Position numbers and translations under genes: made by a program. The notes under the pieces were generated by a model. That model had not been told where the DNA came from. It did no database searches and saw nothing but the letters and a program-made list of their open reading frames with translations. This document shows positions 1 through 15,625 of a stretch of 64,000 nucleotides of DNA, in pieces. The first letter of the stretch is position 1. Each line of letters starts with the position of its first letter. The stretch lies in the NCBI RefSeq assembly GCF_009914755.1, contig NC_060939.1; one strand, written 5' to 3'. This stretch comes from the human T2T-CHM13v2.0 reference genome, Homo sapiens.

Positions 1-511
1 CCACTGAGGAGATGTGAAGTGTACATTCAGCTGAAGAGTCATCGTAATTGTGTACCTTCTCAGTTATTGGGCAAGTTAAAGAGCATGATGAATGGTTGTA
101 GTATAATAGTGTATTTACTTCTCATCTCTTGCACTAAAGACATGTGAGAGCACGTACCACCTGCTTTGACATTGATTCCCAGGTGCATGAGTTGCTCCTC
201 TGTTTTTAGACCACATTTGTTTTTATCCCTCCGCATATCCACATTGATACTGACACTGTTTCATTTTAGTTTTAGACATATGACAAATCATATCGCGTTT
301 GAAATTGTAAGTGTATATTTCATGAAGCCTGTATTGGTGTTTTCTTCAGTGTGTTTCTGTCATATTCCAGTCCCAAGACACAAAGTATAAAACATAAAAA
401 CCTAAACTAATAGGGGCAGGAGGATACAGCTTGATGGTAACAGTGCATTAATGTATGGATAATTTTATCATATTTACATATGACTGATTATGTATCCCTT
501 TTGCTTTTCAG

Positions 512-707
512 TGTCTTCTCAGAAACAAGCAGCCTTGAAGGTAATTACACATTCATTTCTGTTTTGAACTATTAACTATATAGTCTGTGAAATATACTTT
601 ATGTATTGATTATTTTGTTTCAAATCCCATTCAGGCTACAAGTGACAAGAAAGATTCTGTTTCGAATATAGCCACAGAAATAAAGGATGGACAAAACTCT
701 GGGACAG
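512..707 (+). pseudogene. Repeat exon pair 1 (29 nt 512-540; 73 nt 635-707)
   Basis: cag|TGTCTTCTC...TTGAAG|gtaatt and tcag|GCTACAAGT...GGGACAG|gtaatt; encodes [34 protein letters not shown]. Confidence 0.92.
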
Positions 708-784
708 GTAATTTTGCAATACACATTTAATGTCATGTTCACTTAGGGTAGAAGAGAACTTCTCTTCCCTGAATAAATCGCAGG

Positions 785-897
785 GGGCTCATTGAATCTG
801 CACATTCTGATTCAGCAGGCCTGAGATCCTGCTTTTGTAATAAGTTCTCGGGTGACGCTGATGCTGCTGGTCCTTGGCCATGATCTGAGTAGTAAGA
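785..897. mobile_element. MER5A-like hAT-Charlie remnant in each 1.9-kb unit (also ~2665-2777, ~31340-31452, ~34805-34920)
   Basis: ttctgattcagcagg...ggtgacgctgatgctgctggtcc...tgagtagtaag resembles the recalled MER5A terminal part. Confidence 0.65.
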
Positions 898-2391
898 TTA
901 TATTCTTCCCCACAGTGAAATTGGCAAGAACGATTGGAGAGCAGTGCAAGATATAACAGGTTAAGGGACAGCATATTCTTGCTTTAATTCTACAGCATGT
1001 TTCCATCGTAAAGGGAAGGAGAACGAGATTAACTAATAAAAATTATAGGCGTCAGATCATATTGTTAAAACCACATGGAAGAAGTGATTGGAATAACCCA
1101 TAAACAATGTAGAAACAGAACTAAGGAGACGTCTGATGTGGTAATTATTTTACTCAAGGAAGAAGGATTGAGAGGCAAGAAGGAGGGAAAAGAAGATGTT
1201 ATTTATGTAATTTTGGGGTTTCTGCTGCAGAAACCTGATGGGACTCACTTCAGATGCATTTGGAATATTTGCATAAAAGAAGATTAAATTTTGGCTGCTC
1301 CAGGAACTACTGGAAGCAGGATAGAGTGCTAGAATTGTGATGACCCACAGTGACTCATTACCCCTCTTTGTTACTATTGGGCATCAGAGATATATGTTTT
1401 GTTGGTATTAGCTATTCAAATAGGATAATCATGAATATGCATACATTGGCTTTGTTTTTCAAGGAACTAACTTTTGGATAAAATAGCAATTTAATGAAAA
1501 TACTTTAGAGAATAACACGATCCTTCAAACCAGACTATTTTAGAAACAAAATAATGTTGAATTCATTAATTGACTCCTAAAGTGGTTATTTTCAATGAAT
1601 ATCAGAGCAATTTCCAAATGGAAAAGCTTATTCATATCTAATGTTTTTAGTAACTTTATTTTGTATCAGTATGCCAAATTTGATGTTTTATTATACTTTT
1701 TGATGAGGTTTATATATTATACCTTCTTGCCATGAGTGGATGAAGAAACTTTCTGAAGGCTAAACTAGAGGATACGAGAAATGCAGGCACATTATGACAC
1801 CACAGGGGTGTGAGAAATAAGGAATATTATATGCTGGGATTCACCAAACATATATTTAAGCTGATCAATTAGGGACACTTCCACAGAACACTTGAGAAGT
1901 GTACATTCAGCTAAAGTGCCATTGTCATTGTGTACCTGCTCAATTGTCAGTCAAGTTTAAGAGCGTGATAAATATTTGTAGTATAATGGTATAAATCCCT
2001 CTGATGACTTACATGAAAAACATGCAGGAGCATTAATCACCTGCTTTGACATTGATTCCCAAGCGTATGAGTTGCTGCTCTGATTTTAGATCACATTTGT
2101 CCTCATCACTTGGCATATCCACATTGATATAGACACTGTTTTATTGTAGTAATAGACATATGAAGAATAACATCACATATGAAATTGGAAGTGTTTGTTC
2201 CGTGAAGACTATACTTCTGTTTTCTACAGTGTAATTCTGTCATGTTCCTGTCCCAATACACAAAGTAGAAAACATCAAAGCCTATGCTAATTCAGGCAGG
2301 AGGATACAGCTTGATGCTAACACTGCATGAAGGTATGGATAACTTTATCATATTTACATATGAGTGATTATGTATCCCTTTTGGTTTTCAG

Positions 2392-2587
2392 TGTCTTCTC
2401 AGAAACAACCGGCCTTGAAGGTATTACACTCTTCATTCATATTTTGAATTATTAACTGTATAGTCTATGAAATATACTGTATGTATTGATTATTTTGTTT
2501 GAAATCCCATTCAGGATACAAGTGACAAGAAAGATTCTGTTTTGAACATAGCCACAGAAATAAAAGATGAACAAAAATCTGGGACAG
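2392..2587 (+). pseudogene. Repeat exon pair 2 (2392-2420; 2515-2587)
   Basis: Same splice context 1880 bp downstream of pair 1; [34 protein letters not shown]. Confidence 0.92.
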
Positions 2588-3902
2588 GTAATTTTGCAAT
2601 ACACATTTAATGTCATGTTCTCTCAAGATAGAGGAGAACTTCCCTTCCCCGAATAAATCAGCAGGGGGCTCATTGAAGCTGCTCTTTCTGATTCAGCGGG
2701 CCTGAGATTCTGCATTTGTAATAAGTTCTGGAGTGATGGTGATTCTGCTGATTTTTGGCCATGATCTGAGTAGTAAGATTATAGACTTCCCTACATTGAA
2801 ATTGGGAAGAAGAACCACTGGAGAGCAGTTCAAGACATAACAGGCTGAGGGGACAGCATAATTGTGCTTTAATTCTACAGCATGTTTCCATCAAGAGGGG
2901 AAGGAGAACAAGATGAAGTACTAGAAATTATAGGCGCCAGATCACATTGCTAAAACCAGAGGGAGGAAGTGATCGTAATAAGCCATAAACACTATAGAAG
3001 GAGAAGTAACGAGACCGCTGATGTAGTAATCATTTTCCTCAGGGAAGAGGGATTGTGAGGCAGGAAGAAGGGAAAAGAAGTTATTTATTTAATTTTAGGG
3101 TTTGTACTGAGGAAACCTGAGGGAACTCACGTCAGATGCATTTAGAATGTTTGCATAAAGGAAGATTTGATTTTGGCTGCTCCAGGAACTACTGGAAGGA
3201 GGATAGAGTGCCAGAATTGTGATAAACCACAGTCACCTGTTACCCCTCTTTGTTATTATTGGGCATCAGAGATATATGTTTTGTTGTTATCAGTTAGTCA
3301 AATGAGATAAATATAAATATGCATACACTGGCTTTGTTGTTCAGAGAGCTAACTTTTGGATAAAATAGCAATTTAATGAAAATACTTTAGAGAATAAAAT
3401 GATCCTTCAAACCAGACTTATTTTAGAAACAAAAATAATGTTAAATTCTTTAATTGACTCCTAAAATATTTATTTTTAATGAATATTGGAGTGATTTCCA
3501 AATGAACAACCTTACTCATATCTAATGCTTGTAGCAACTTTATTGCATGTAAGTATATCAAATTTGATAATTTTTTATACATTTTGATTAGGTTTGTATA
3601 TTATACCTTGTTCCCATGAGTGACTGACAAAACTTTCTGAAGGTTAAACCAGAAAATACAAAAGTGTAGGCTCATTATTATACCACATGGGTATGAAAAA
3701 TAATGAATACCATATAATAGGATTCACCAAACAGATATCCAAGCTGACCAATTCGGGACACTTCCACTGAGGAGCTTTGTACATTCATCTAAAGTGTTAT
3801 TGTCATTGTGCACCTGCTCAATTGTCAGGCAAGTCAAAGAGCATGATGAATATTTGTAGTATAATGGTTTAAACCCTTCTGATGTCTTGTATGAAAGACA
3901 TG

Positions 3903-4144
<242 letters not shown>

Positions 4145-4360
4145 TGATTTTTTTAAATTTTTTTAGCTTTTTAAAAATAAAGATAGAATGTTTCTGTGTT
4201 GCCCAAGGTGGTCTGAAATGCCTGGACTTCTCAAGTGATACTTCTGCCTGAACCTTTTGAGTAGCTGAGATTATAGGAACAAGTCACTGTGCTCTTTTAT
4301 GTTTTTAATATTTTATAAGTTCCTATTGATTTATAATGCATTTTACATTTTGTTTAATAG

Positions 4361-4391
4361 TGCTTCCTGCTGTTGAACAGTGTTTAAACAG
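4361..4391 (+). pseudogene. 31-nt exon, cassette copy 1
   Basis: aatag|TGCTTCCTGCTGTTGAACAGTGTTTAAACAG|gtatga = VLPAVEQCLNR. Confidence 0.88.
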
Positions 4392-7120
4392 GTATGATTT
4401 CACAGATTTTTTAAAGTGATATGTTAACTTAGTGAATAGAGAGAATAGAAACTAGTATCCGTTTGGTGTTCTCCTCTGTGCTAGACACCATATTACATGC
4501 TTAATATTTATCATGTCATGTCATCTCCACACAGTTTTACAAACTATTTGTGCTATTATTGCTTTTTTACTAATTAGGCAACTCTGCTTTAAAGAGGTTG
4601 AAATATTGGCTCATGATTCCACAGTTAACAGGTAGTCAACCCATGATTTGGCCATCATCCTGCCTGGCTCTCTAACCACTTCATTTGCCCCTAAGCATAG
4701 ACGGATACAGACCTATGCAGCAGTGTGATCACGGTACTGGTTTAACTCAGATCAATTCAGAAAGTCACATTTTGTTATATATTAACTCTCTTTAGAGTGT
4801 TCCTTAGAAGCCTGGATACTCTAAAAGTTTGTCCAAATATTTTGGAAATGGCAGTGGTAACCATATTACATTTTTTTTTAACCATCAAAATTTTAAAGGC
4901 AGGCATCAGTTACCTGTGGCCACAGGACCCTAAGATTTTTGTAAGCAAGACCAGGTCAGTCCTAGAAAAAATATTATCTTACTGTGCATGGAGATTATCT
5001 AAAGATAGACCATGTTATGTTAACTATATTTAGCATATATTAAAAGGATATTTCTAATTCATTTCTCTACTTACTGCCTACCCAGTTAGGATTTCTCTTT
5101 AAGTGAGTACCCTGCCTAGTTCGCTGAAGCTTTTTCTTATTTTCTGGATTCTTTTATTTTCGTTCTATGACATTTTAATAATACTTTCTTGATTTCTTTT
5201 TACTTCTCTTCTGCTTTTCTTATGATCTTCTATTATAGTTTTCGTGAACGGCAGCTAAATATTCCCCATTTTTCTATAGACAAAATCAGAGGTGCATAGA
5301 ATTTCAGAATGTTAAGAAATCCTAGAGACTAAACAAAATATCCTCTAGTACTTGAATCCTTGCTTAACATCCTGATCAAGTGGTTGTTCAGGTGGAGAAC
5401 CTGAAACTCAAAGAGAAAAAATTATTTGGATACAGTAAATCAGAGAAATGAGAATTGCACTCAGCTTTCTTTGTTCAAAACCCAGTCTTCTTTTACATTC
5501 TGTCATTGAGCGATTTTAGTTTTAGAAAGAGGGAGTGGCTCTAGTGATCACAGTGGAAGAGGATGAGAATGGAATGAGCTGTTGAACCCAATGAAAGTGG
5601 ATAAGAATGGAATTTGCAGGGGACAGCCAAATTTGAAGAGAAACAAACCCTTAGTTGCATGGAAATGAGGGTTTTAGGAAAAAATCCGAATTTTTGGCTT
5701 TATTACAAGTTTTATAAAGATAAGGGAATTGAAAACACAGGATGTCGGGAGCTATCAGGAAAGGCATATTAGAATACGGCATTCAAGGAATTCTGAAGTG
5801 GTTGCTGCCTTTTTGTTTGTTTAACTGGAGGAACTGACAAACTTCAAGGTTTTATTGAAAAATGTTAAAAGAATTTGAGCCACTGGAAATAGTCTCCGGA
5901 GCAGATAGGAATGTGGTATCATCTTCTTCCATCCCAGCTTACAGAGGCCTTAGAATCCCTCAAGGACTAGGGAGCTGGAGATTGCTTAAGTACATAAATC
6001 TGTGACCCAGAGTGGATGTCTCTTTTTTTCTGACTCTTTTCTCAATTCTCTCATGTACATGTAGGGTAGGGCAAATGTAGGATTGGCCAGCAAACCAGCA
6101 GTGAAGCTTCATTTGGGTAGTTGGTAACATGCGTATGCTTGAGGTGGATGACTGAGACTAACTTACTTTCCAGAAGCAGAGGAATAGAGAGTTCCTACTC
6201 TCAATTATGTTAGCCCGTCTTTTGAGGAATCTGGGCTTTCCTAGGCTGAAGATGTAGATTGGAGATTGCCACGGATCCCTGCAGAAGAGGGATCCAGAAG
6301 TGGGAGCCCATAGGAAGGAAGATATTTAGATAGTGATGAATGAAATGGAGCTATAAGTACTTAGGAGGGAGACTTTTCCAGCAGTCTCTCTCTTGTGTAT
6401 CTGAGTGTCTATGAAGGTTCTTAAGCTTGCTGGTTTTTGTGGATCTGAATAAGGCAGGCTCTATATAATGACAATAATTGGATTTTAAAATTTTTAATAT
6501 TTTAATCTTCTGTGAAGAATATTCCCACTAACAACCTAAAAACATATACATTTGTACTTTGACTTTTGTACACTCAGCTTTCAAACATTTTCAGTGTTTC
6601 AGGGGGCTCCCTGTAGTGTTCTAGGGTGAAGAGAATCAATGGGCCCTCTTTAAGTACCTTACATGCTGAAGATCCAAGACTCCCATTTTCCAGTGACACA
6701 GATTAGTCTTTGAATCAGAAATAGATAATGCAGAAGAGACAGTGCCTTTTCTACCTTGTTTTAGGTTATCAGGTTTACTGCAGTTCAGTAACAAAAGTTG
6801 TGTCAGATATCAACTGGATTTTCAGTTTAGCCTTTAGGGTAGATAATTTATAAGGACAAATTATTGTCTGGCCGTGCCGTTATAATGCCTGTCACTATTT
6901 GTTATGGGTTTAAGGGTGAGTCTGCATTGGATATTTCATAGGTTGGGAGAGGTGGAGGCAGAAATAGGTAACTGAAATGTTTTCTAAAACGGAAGCCATA
7001 TCTTAATTATACCAAGAAATATTATTTAATATGCAGATAACTGATTTTCCTCAGACTTTGTTTTGCCATTTTTTTGGAGGCGACACACATGTATAGACTG
7101 ACGGTTTTTGTTTTCTTTGA

Positions 7121-7267
<147 letters not shown>

Positions 7268-9733
7268 TGAATCTCAGTTTTTATATTATTTTCTTCTAAA
7301 ACTTAACAGTTGTCTACCTATCATTGTTTTATGTTAGTATTAAAACTTTTATTAGAGATAACCATTTTAAAGAAATGGGAGGGGTTAATTTTATTTTTTT
7401 TTTTACTTTGGCAAATAATAAATAGTTGATAAATTCTTTGAGAGGTGTGATCTGAAAAAAAATTGCTGGAAAATACACAGTGACAGAAAAATGATGTTTG
7501 GGAATGCTTTCCCACAAGAGAGGAGATACAAATTTTGGTCTAGGCTTATTTGAGTGTTTTTACTTTGAGTTGTATATCATATGAGTATGACTAATAATAC
7601 CTCTGTTTAAATGAATCTTTAATACATCAGATGACTTATCATAGAAATCATGGAATCACTCTGTTACACATAACATGTGGTTTCTTTTTATTTCTTGTAC
7701 ACATGTTTTGATATCATACACTATTTTTGCAGAGAGCTATTTCCTTATTTTTATTTGTGGCTCTATAATTAGACTAAAATCATATTAGAAATTGTGGAAA
7801 TGTAACTAGACATGGTATCATGTCCATGTAGTCCCACCTATTCAAGAGATCAAGCCAGGAGAATTTCTTGAGCCCAGGAGTTTAAGACCAAGCTTGGCAA
7901 TATAACAAGTGCTTATCTCTAATTTTAAAAAGTTGTGGAAGTTTAGAAATTTAAATTCTGTTCTCAAATCTGTATTAGAGAAGGTTTACACAGTGTTTTC
8001 CAAGGCTTTTTTATTTAGAGTATACTTTAAACTCTTTATTTAATTGAAAAATATGCATTTTGTTTAAAATAACCTGTCTGATAAACAGAGACTCTTCATA
8101 TTCCTATGGTCAGACTTTAATTTCACAAGGCTTTTGCATTGTAATTAAAAAGAATCCACTCAGGGTCTTTGTATCTCATTCTAAATGTCAAATTTCAGAG
8201 GCTTTTGTGCTTAGTTATTGAAAAAATAATTGTAAAGCTCCTGCATTACTACCAGCAACTTGAAACTAGAAAACCTATTTGTATGTATCCTGGAATACAC
8301 AGAATAAGATCTTGCATGTAAGAAACATTTTAATAGTTTTTAATGTGAATCAACAAACAGGTAAATGGGCTTTTTTATAATAGAATGTTACAGGTAACAT
8401 AATATGCATGACATATCTAATAATTAAATCTATTAAATTTCTTGAGTGTTGAATTTATCTTTTCTTCTAATGTTGAGAATGTATAAGTTGAGGTGACATG
8501 TTGAGAAAATATGTCATATAGAAGAAAATAAAATTTAGAAAAGATGAAAAGGAAATAGGAAAGGTGGATACAGCCTGTTTTCTAATATCTTCCAACTGGA
8601 AGCTTAGATTAGGATTTTAGATTAAATTTTCTTAAATTTTTAAAGACCCAATCATTTTCTATTAAATACCTGTTTTTCAGGACATACATTACTCTTTCAA
8701 ATTCTGAATAAAAATTCTTTCTCCAGCTGTTAAGTTGCTGGAATTTTTTTTCCCTCTCTCTGTAGTAAGAATGTTTCAACTTTCAGATCAATCATCATGG
8801 TTAACTCTTGGGATGTGTTATTTTATAGTAAACAAATGAAACTCTTTCTTACATAAGTATTTACACAAAACAAATTGTCGAGTAAATGCTAACCAGTATT
8901 ATTAAGCATATATTATGAACACAAGGTTTTCTTTTAAGCTCATATTTGATTGACTGGTCATGTCTCTTTTTTTGTTTGTTTCTCCCTCCTTCCCCTTTGT
9001 TTAAAAATGATTTACCTCAGTCTAACTTTCTCCTTGCAGCCCACATGTCCTTAGTGTCTATTCTTTCATTTCACTTCTGTTTCTATTGTCAGCATACTTA
9101 GTTACAGCTTTCTATTTAGTAGCTATGTGTGGCCTTCATTCATGAATCATTGCTCCGTAAGGTGGATGGTTGCTTTGTTCTGTCTTTTTTGGAAGGAGCT
9201 TAAGTTATACTATAATTTGTTTTTAGCTTTTGACACACTGAATAGAAGCAACTTGTACTGTTTCTGATGCCAACCCATTTAAATATAGTACTACTAAAAA
9301 CTACATTCTCACATTTTTTCCCACAAAATGCAATTTGTACAAATATACATCATGCATAGCTATTTTGAAAAATAATGTGATTAATTTACTTTTTTATTAT
9401 TAGTTTTATTCGGTAATACTCTAAACTACATAGGGTACATTTTTGTTCTAGTTTGTTGTGGTTAATAAAAGAAACTAATGGATATCATAGTATTTGTATA
9501 ATAATCAACTGGGGTTGAAAGGAGTAACATTTTGAAAATATCTGTCTCACCAATCATAACCATCATGCCATGTGAATCTGTAGATAAGTAAATGGCAGAC
9601 TTGAGGTTTGAATCTACATATGAGTGACTTCAACGTCCATACTTTTCCTGTTAGATCATGTTGTAATGGTGGGTATTATCATTATTTTAACTTGCCCCAT
9701 GTTATTCTTAAACCTATTGTGTTTTTCTTCTAG

Positions 9734-10152
<419 letters not shown>

Positions 10153-10363
10153 TTGTGGATTATTATTATTATTTTTATAAGGATAGAGTCTTGCTATTTT
10201 GCCCAGGCTGGTCTCAAACTCCTGGGCTTCTCAAGTTATACTTCTGCCTCAGCCTTCTGAGTAGCTGGAATTATAGGAACAAGACACTGTGTTCTTTTAT
10301 GTTTTTAGTACTCTGTAGTTTTCTATTGTTGATTTAAAATGCATTTTACTTTTTCTTTCATAG

Positions 10364-10394
10364 TGCTTCCTCCTGTTGAAGAGTGTTTTGACAG
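10364..10394 (+). pseudogene. 31-nt exon, cassette copy 2
   Basis: catag|TGCTTCCTCCTGTTGAAGAGTGTTTTGACAG|gtatga = VLPPVEECFDR. Confidence 0.88.
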
Positions 10395-12543
10395 GTATGA
10401 TTTCACAGATTTTTTAAAGTGATATGTTAACTAAGTGAATAGAGAGAATAGAAACTAGTATCTGTTTAGTGTTCTACTCTGTGCTAGACACCATATTACA
10501 TGCTTAACATTTATCATGTCATGTCATCTTCACACGCTTTACAAACTATTTGTGCTATTATTGCTTTTTTACTAATAATAGGCAACTCTGCTTTAAAGAG
10601 GTTGAAATATTGGCTCATGATTCCACAGTTAACAGGTAGCCAACCCAAGATTAGACCATCATCCTGCCTGGCTCTCAAATCACTTCATTTGCCCCTAAGC
10701 ATAGATGGATAGAGGCCTATGCAGCAATGGGATCACGGTACTGATTTACATCGGATCAATTCAGAAAGTCACATTTTGTTATATATTAACTGTCTTTAGA
10801 GTGTTATTTAGAAGCCTGGCTACTCCAAAAGTTTGTCCAAATATTTTGAAATGGCAGTGGTAACCATATTACTTTTTTTTTTAATCATCAAAGTTTTAAA
10901 GGCAGTTATCAGTTATCTGTGGCCACAGGACCCTAAGTTTTTCATAAGCAAGACCAGGCCAGTCCTAGAAAAATATTATCTTACTGTGCTTGGAGAATAT
11001 CTAAATATAGTCCATGTTATGTTAACTATATTTAGCATATATTAAAAGGATATTTCTAATTCATTTCTCTACTTACTACCTACCCAGTTAGGTTTTCTCT
11101 TTCAGTAAGTACCCTGCCTGGTTCTCTGAAGCTTTTTCTTATTTTCTGGATTCTTTTTTTTCCTTCTGTGACATTTTAATAATATTTTCTTGATTTCTTT
11201 TTACTTTCTCCTCTGCTTTTCTTAGGGTTTATGATCTTCTATTATAGTTTTCATTTAAGGCAGCTAAATATTCCCCATTTTCCTATAGACAAAATCAGAG
11301 GTGCATAGAATTTCAGAATATTAAGAAATCCTAGAGACTAAACAAAATATCTTCTAGTACTTGAATCCTTGCTTAACATCCTGATCAAGTGGTTGTTCAG
11401 GTGGAGAACCTGAAACTCAAAGAGAGAAAATTATTTGGATACAGTAAATCAGAGAAATGAGAATTGCACTCAGGTTTCTTAGTTCAAAACCCAGTCTTCT
11501 TTTACATCATTCTGTCATTGAGTGATTTTAGTTTTAGAAAGAGGGAGTGGCTCTGGTGAACACAGTGGAAAAGGATGAGAATGGAATGAGCTGTTGAACC
11601 CAATGAAAGTGGATAAGAATGGAATTTGCAGGGGACAGACAAATTTGAAGATGTAGATTGGAGATTGTCATTGATCCCTGCAGAAGAGGGATCCAGAAGG
11701 GGGAGCCCATAGGAAGGTATTTAGATAGTGATGAATGAAATGAAGCTGTAAGTACTCAGGAGGGAGACTTTTCCAGCAGTCTCTCTCTTGAGTATCTGAG
11801 TGTTTATGAAGGTTCTTAAGCTTGCTGGTTTTTGTGGACCTGAATAAGGCAGGATCTATATAGTGACAATAATTGGATTTTATAATTTTTAATGTTTTAA
11901 TCTTCTGTGAGGAATATTCCCAGAGTACATTTGTACTTTGACTTTTTTACACTCAGCTTTCAAACACTTGCAGTGTTTCAGGGGGCTCCCTGTAGAGTTC
12001 TAGAGTAAAGAGAATCAATGGGCAATCTAAGTAGCTTACATGCTGAAGATCCAAGACTCCCATTTTCCAGTGACACAGATTAGTCTTTGAATCAGAAATA
12101 GATAATGCAGAAGACACAGTGCCTTTTCTACCTTGTTTTAGGTTATCGGGTTTACTGCAGTTGAGTAACAAAAGTTGTTTCAGATATCAATTGGATTTTC
12201 AGTTTAGTCTTTAGGGTAGATAATTTATAAAGACATATTATTGTCTGGCCGTGCCATTGTAATGCCTGTCACTATCTGTTACGGGTTTAAGGGTGAGTCT
12301 GCATTGGATATTTCATAGGTTGGGAGAGGTGGAGGCAGAAATAGGTAACTGAAATGTTTTCTAAAACGGAAGCCATATCTTAATTATACCAAGAAATATT
12401 ATTTAATATAAGGATAACTGACCTTCCTCAGACTTTGTTTTACCATTTTTTTGTGGAGGGGACATGCATGTATAGACTGATGGTTTTTGTTTTCTTTTAA
12501 GAAACGAACGTGCTCATTTTTGTCATATCTTTTTGCTCTGTAG

Positions 12544-12610
12544 GTGTCGCTACCTACTGGATAGTGTTGCACAGCCTGTGACAAAGGATAAGTTTGCTTT
12601 GGAATCTGAA
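12544..12610 (+). pseudogene. 67-nt exon, cassette copy 2
   Basis: CRYLLDSVAQPVTKDKFALESE, AG/GT bounded. Confidence 0.88.
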
Positions 12611-13830
12611 GTAGAGTACTGTCTCGTGAAATTAATTTTCTCATTCTGAATCTCATTTTTTGTATTATTTTCTTCTAAAACTTAGCGATTGTCTACCTAT
12701 CATTGTTTTATGTTAGTATTAAAACTTTTATTAGAGATAACCATTTTAAAGAAATAGGAGGGCTTAATTTTAATTTTTTTTTTCACTTTGCAAATAAGAA
12801 ATAGTTGATAAATACGTTGAGAGGTGTGATCTGAAAAAAAAAAAATACATAGTGACAGAAAAATGTTGTTTGGGAACGCTTTCCCACAAGAGAGGAGATA
12901 CAAATTTTGATCTAGGCTTATCTCAGTAAGTGTTTTTACTTTGAGTTGTATATCATATGAGTATGACTAATAATACCTCTGTTTAACTGAATGTTTGTTA
13001 CATCAGATGACTTATTATGGGAATCATGAAATCACCCTGTTACACACAGCATATAGTTTCTTTTTATTTCTTGTACACCTATTTTAACATCATACCATAT
13101 TTTTGCAGAGAGCTATTTCTTTATTTTTATTCTTGGTTCTATATAATTAGACTAAAATAATATTAGAAATTGTGGAAATTTAACTAGACATGGTATCATG
13201 TGCCTGTAGTCCCACCTATTCAAGAGATCAAGCCAGGAGAATTTCTTGATCCCAGGAGTTTAAGACCAAGCTTGGCAATATAGCAAGAGCTTATCTCTAA
13301 TTTTAAAAAGTTGTGGAATATTAGAAATTTAAATTCTGTTCTCACACCTGTATTAGAGAGGGTTTACCCTGTGTTTTCCAAGTCTTTTTTATTAAGAGTA
13401 TACTGTAAACTCTTTATCTAATCGAAGAATATGCATTTTGTTTAAAATAACAACCTGTTTGATAAGCAGAGACTCTTCATATTTCTGTGGTCAGACTTTA
13501 ACTTCACAAGATTTTTGCATTGTAATTAAAAAAAAATCCGGTCGGGGTCTTTGTATCTCATTCTAAATTTCAAATTTCAGAGGCTTTTGTGCTTAGTTAT
13601 TGAAAAAATAATTGTAAAGCTCCTGCATTCGTATGAGCCACTTGAAGCTAGAAAAACTATTTGTATGTATCTTGAGTACCCAGAATAAGGTCTTGCATGT
13701 AAGAAACATTTTATTAGTTTTTAATGTGAATCAGCAAACAGGGAAATGGGCTTTTTTTAATGGAATGTTACAGGTAACATAATATGCATAAGATATCTAA
13801 TAATTAAATCTATTAAATGTCTTGAATGTT

Positions 13831-13966
13831 CTGAATTTATCTTTTCTTCTAATGTTGAGAATCTATAAGTTGAGGTGAGTTATGCTGAGAAAATATGTCT
13901 GAATTTATCTTTTCTTCTAATGTTGAGAATCTATAAGTTGAGGTGAGTTATGCTGAGAAAATATGT
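13831..13966. repeat. Perfect 68-bp tandem duplication
   Basis: ctgaatttatc...aaaatatgt at 13831-13898 and 13899-13966; single copy in the paralogous block near 8450. Confidence 0.95.
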
Positions 13967-15209
13967 CATAGAATAAAATGAAAATTGGAAGAGATGGAAA
14001 GGAAATAGGAAAGGTGGATACAGCGTGTTTTCTAATATCTTCCAACTGGAAGCTTAGATTGGGAATTTAGATTAAATTTTCAAAGCCCCAACCATGTTCT
14101 ATTAAATACATATTTTTCAGGACATACATTACTCTTTTGAATTCTGAATAAAAATTCTTTCTCCAGGTGTTAAGTTCCTGGAATTCTATTGTTTTTTTTT
14201 TTCCTCTCTCTGTCACTCTCTCTCTCTCTCTCTCTCTTTGTAGTAAGAATGTTTCAGCTTTCAGGTGAATGATCATGGTTAACTCTTGGGATGTGTTATT
14301 TTATAGTAAACAATCTAAACTTTTTATTACATAAGTATTTACACAAAACAAATTGTCGAGTAAATGCTAACCAGCATTATTAGGCATATATTATGAACAC
14401 AAGCTTTTCTTTTAAGCTCATATTTGATTGACTGGTCATGTCTCTTTTTTTGTTTGTTTCTCCCTCCTTCCCCTTTGTTTAAAAATGATTTACCTCAGTC
14501 TAACTTTTTCCTTGCAGACCACATGTCTTTAGTGTCTATTCTTTCATTTCACCTCTGTTTCTGTTGTCAGGATACTTAGTTACACCTTTCTATTCAGTAG
14601 CTATGTGTGGCTTTCATTCGTGAATCATTGCTCCATAAAGTGGATGGTTGCTTTGTTCTGTCTTTTTTGGAAGGAGCTGAAGTTATACAATAATTTGTTT
14701 TTAGCTTTTGACACACAGAATAGAAGCAACTTATACTGATTCTGATGCTAGCCCATTTAAATATATTACTACTAAAAACTACATTCTCACATTTTTTTCC
14801 CACAGGAAGTAATTCACACAAATATATATCATGCATAAATATTTTGAAAACTAAAGTGATTAATTGACTTTTGATTAGTTTTGTTCAGTAATACTCTAAA
14901 TTACGTATGAGTAAATTTTTGTCCCAGTTTGTTGTGGTTAATAAAAGAAACTAATGGATATCATAGTATTTGTATAATAATCAACCGGGGTTGAAAGGAG
15001 TAACATTTTGAGAATATCTGTATCACCAATCATAATCATCATCTCATGTGAATCTGTAGATAAGTAAATGGCAGACTTGAGGTTTGAATCTACATATGAG
15101 TGACTTCAAAGTCTATCCTTTTTGTGTTAGATCATGTAGTAATGGTGGCAATTATCATTATTTTAACTTGCTGAATGTTGTTCTTAAACCTATTGTGTCT
15201 TTCTTCTAG

Positions 15210-15270
15210 ACTATTTCAGAACCATACTTTACGAACAGAAGGACTATTTCTCAACAATCTGCAGAAAAGT
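15210..15270 (+). pseudogene. 61-nt exon, cassette copy 2
   Basis: TISEPYFTNRRTISQQSAEK, ctag|...|gtaagc. Confidence 0.88.
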
Positions 15271-15313
15271 GTAAGCTATTTGAAACCTGACTATTGTATT
15301 ATCTACTGATTCT

Positions 15314-15625
<312 letters not shown>

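Larger units (their letters stand above)
1..3902 (+). repeat. Tandem ~1.88-kb ANKRD36 exon-pair units (about two copies in the window)
   Basis: Intron and exon sequence recur with a period of ~1880 bp (ccactgaggag at 1, ~1881 and ~3764). Confidence 0.92.
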
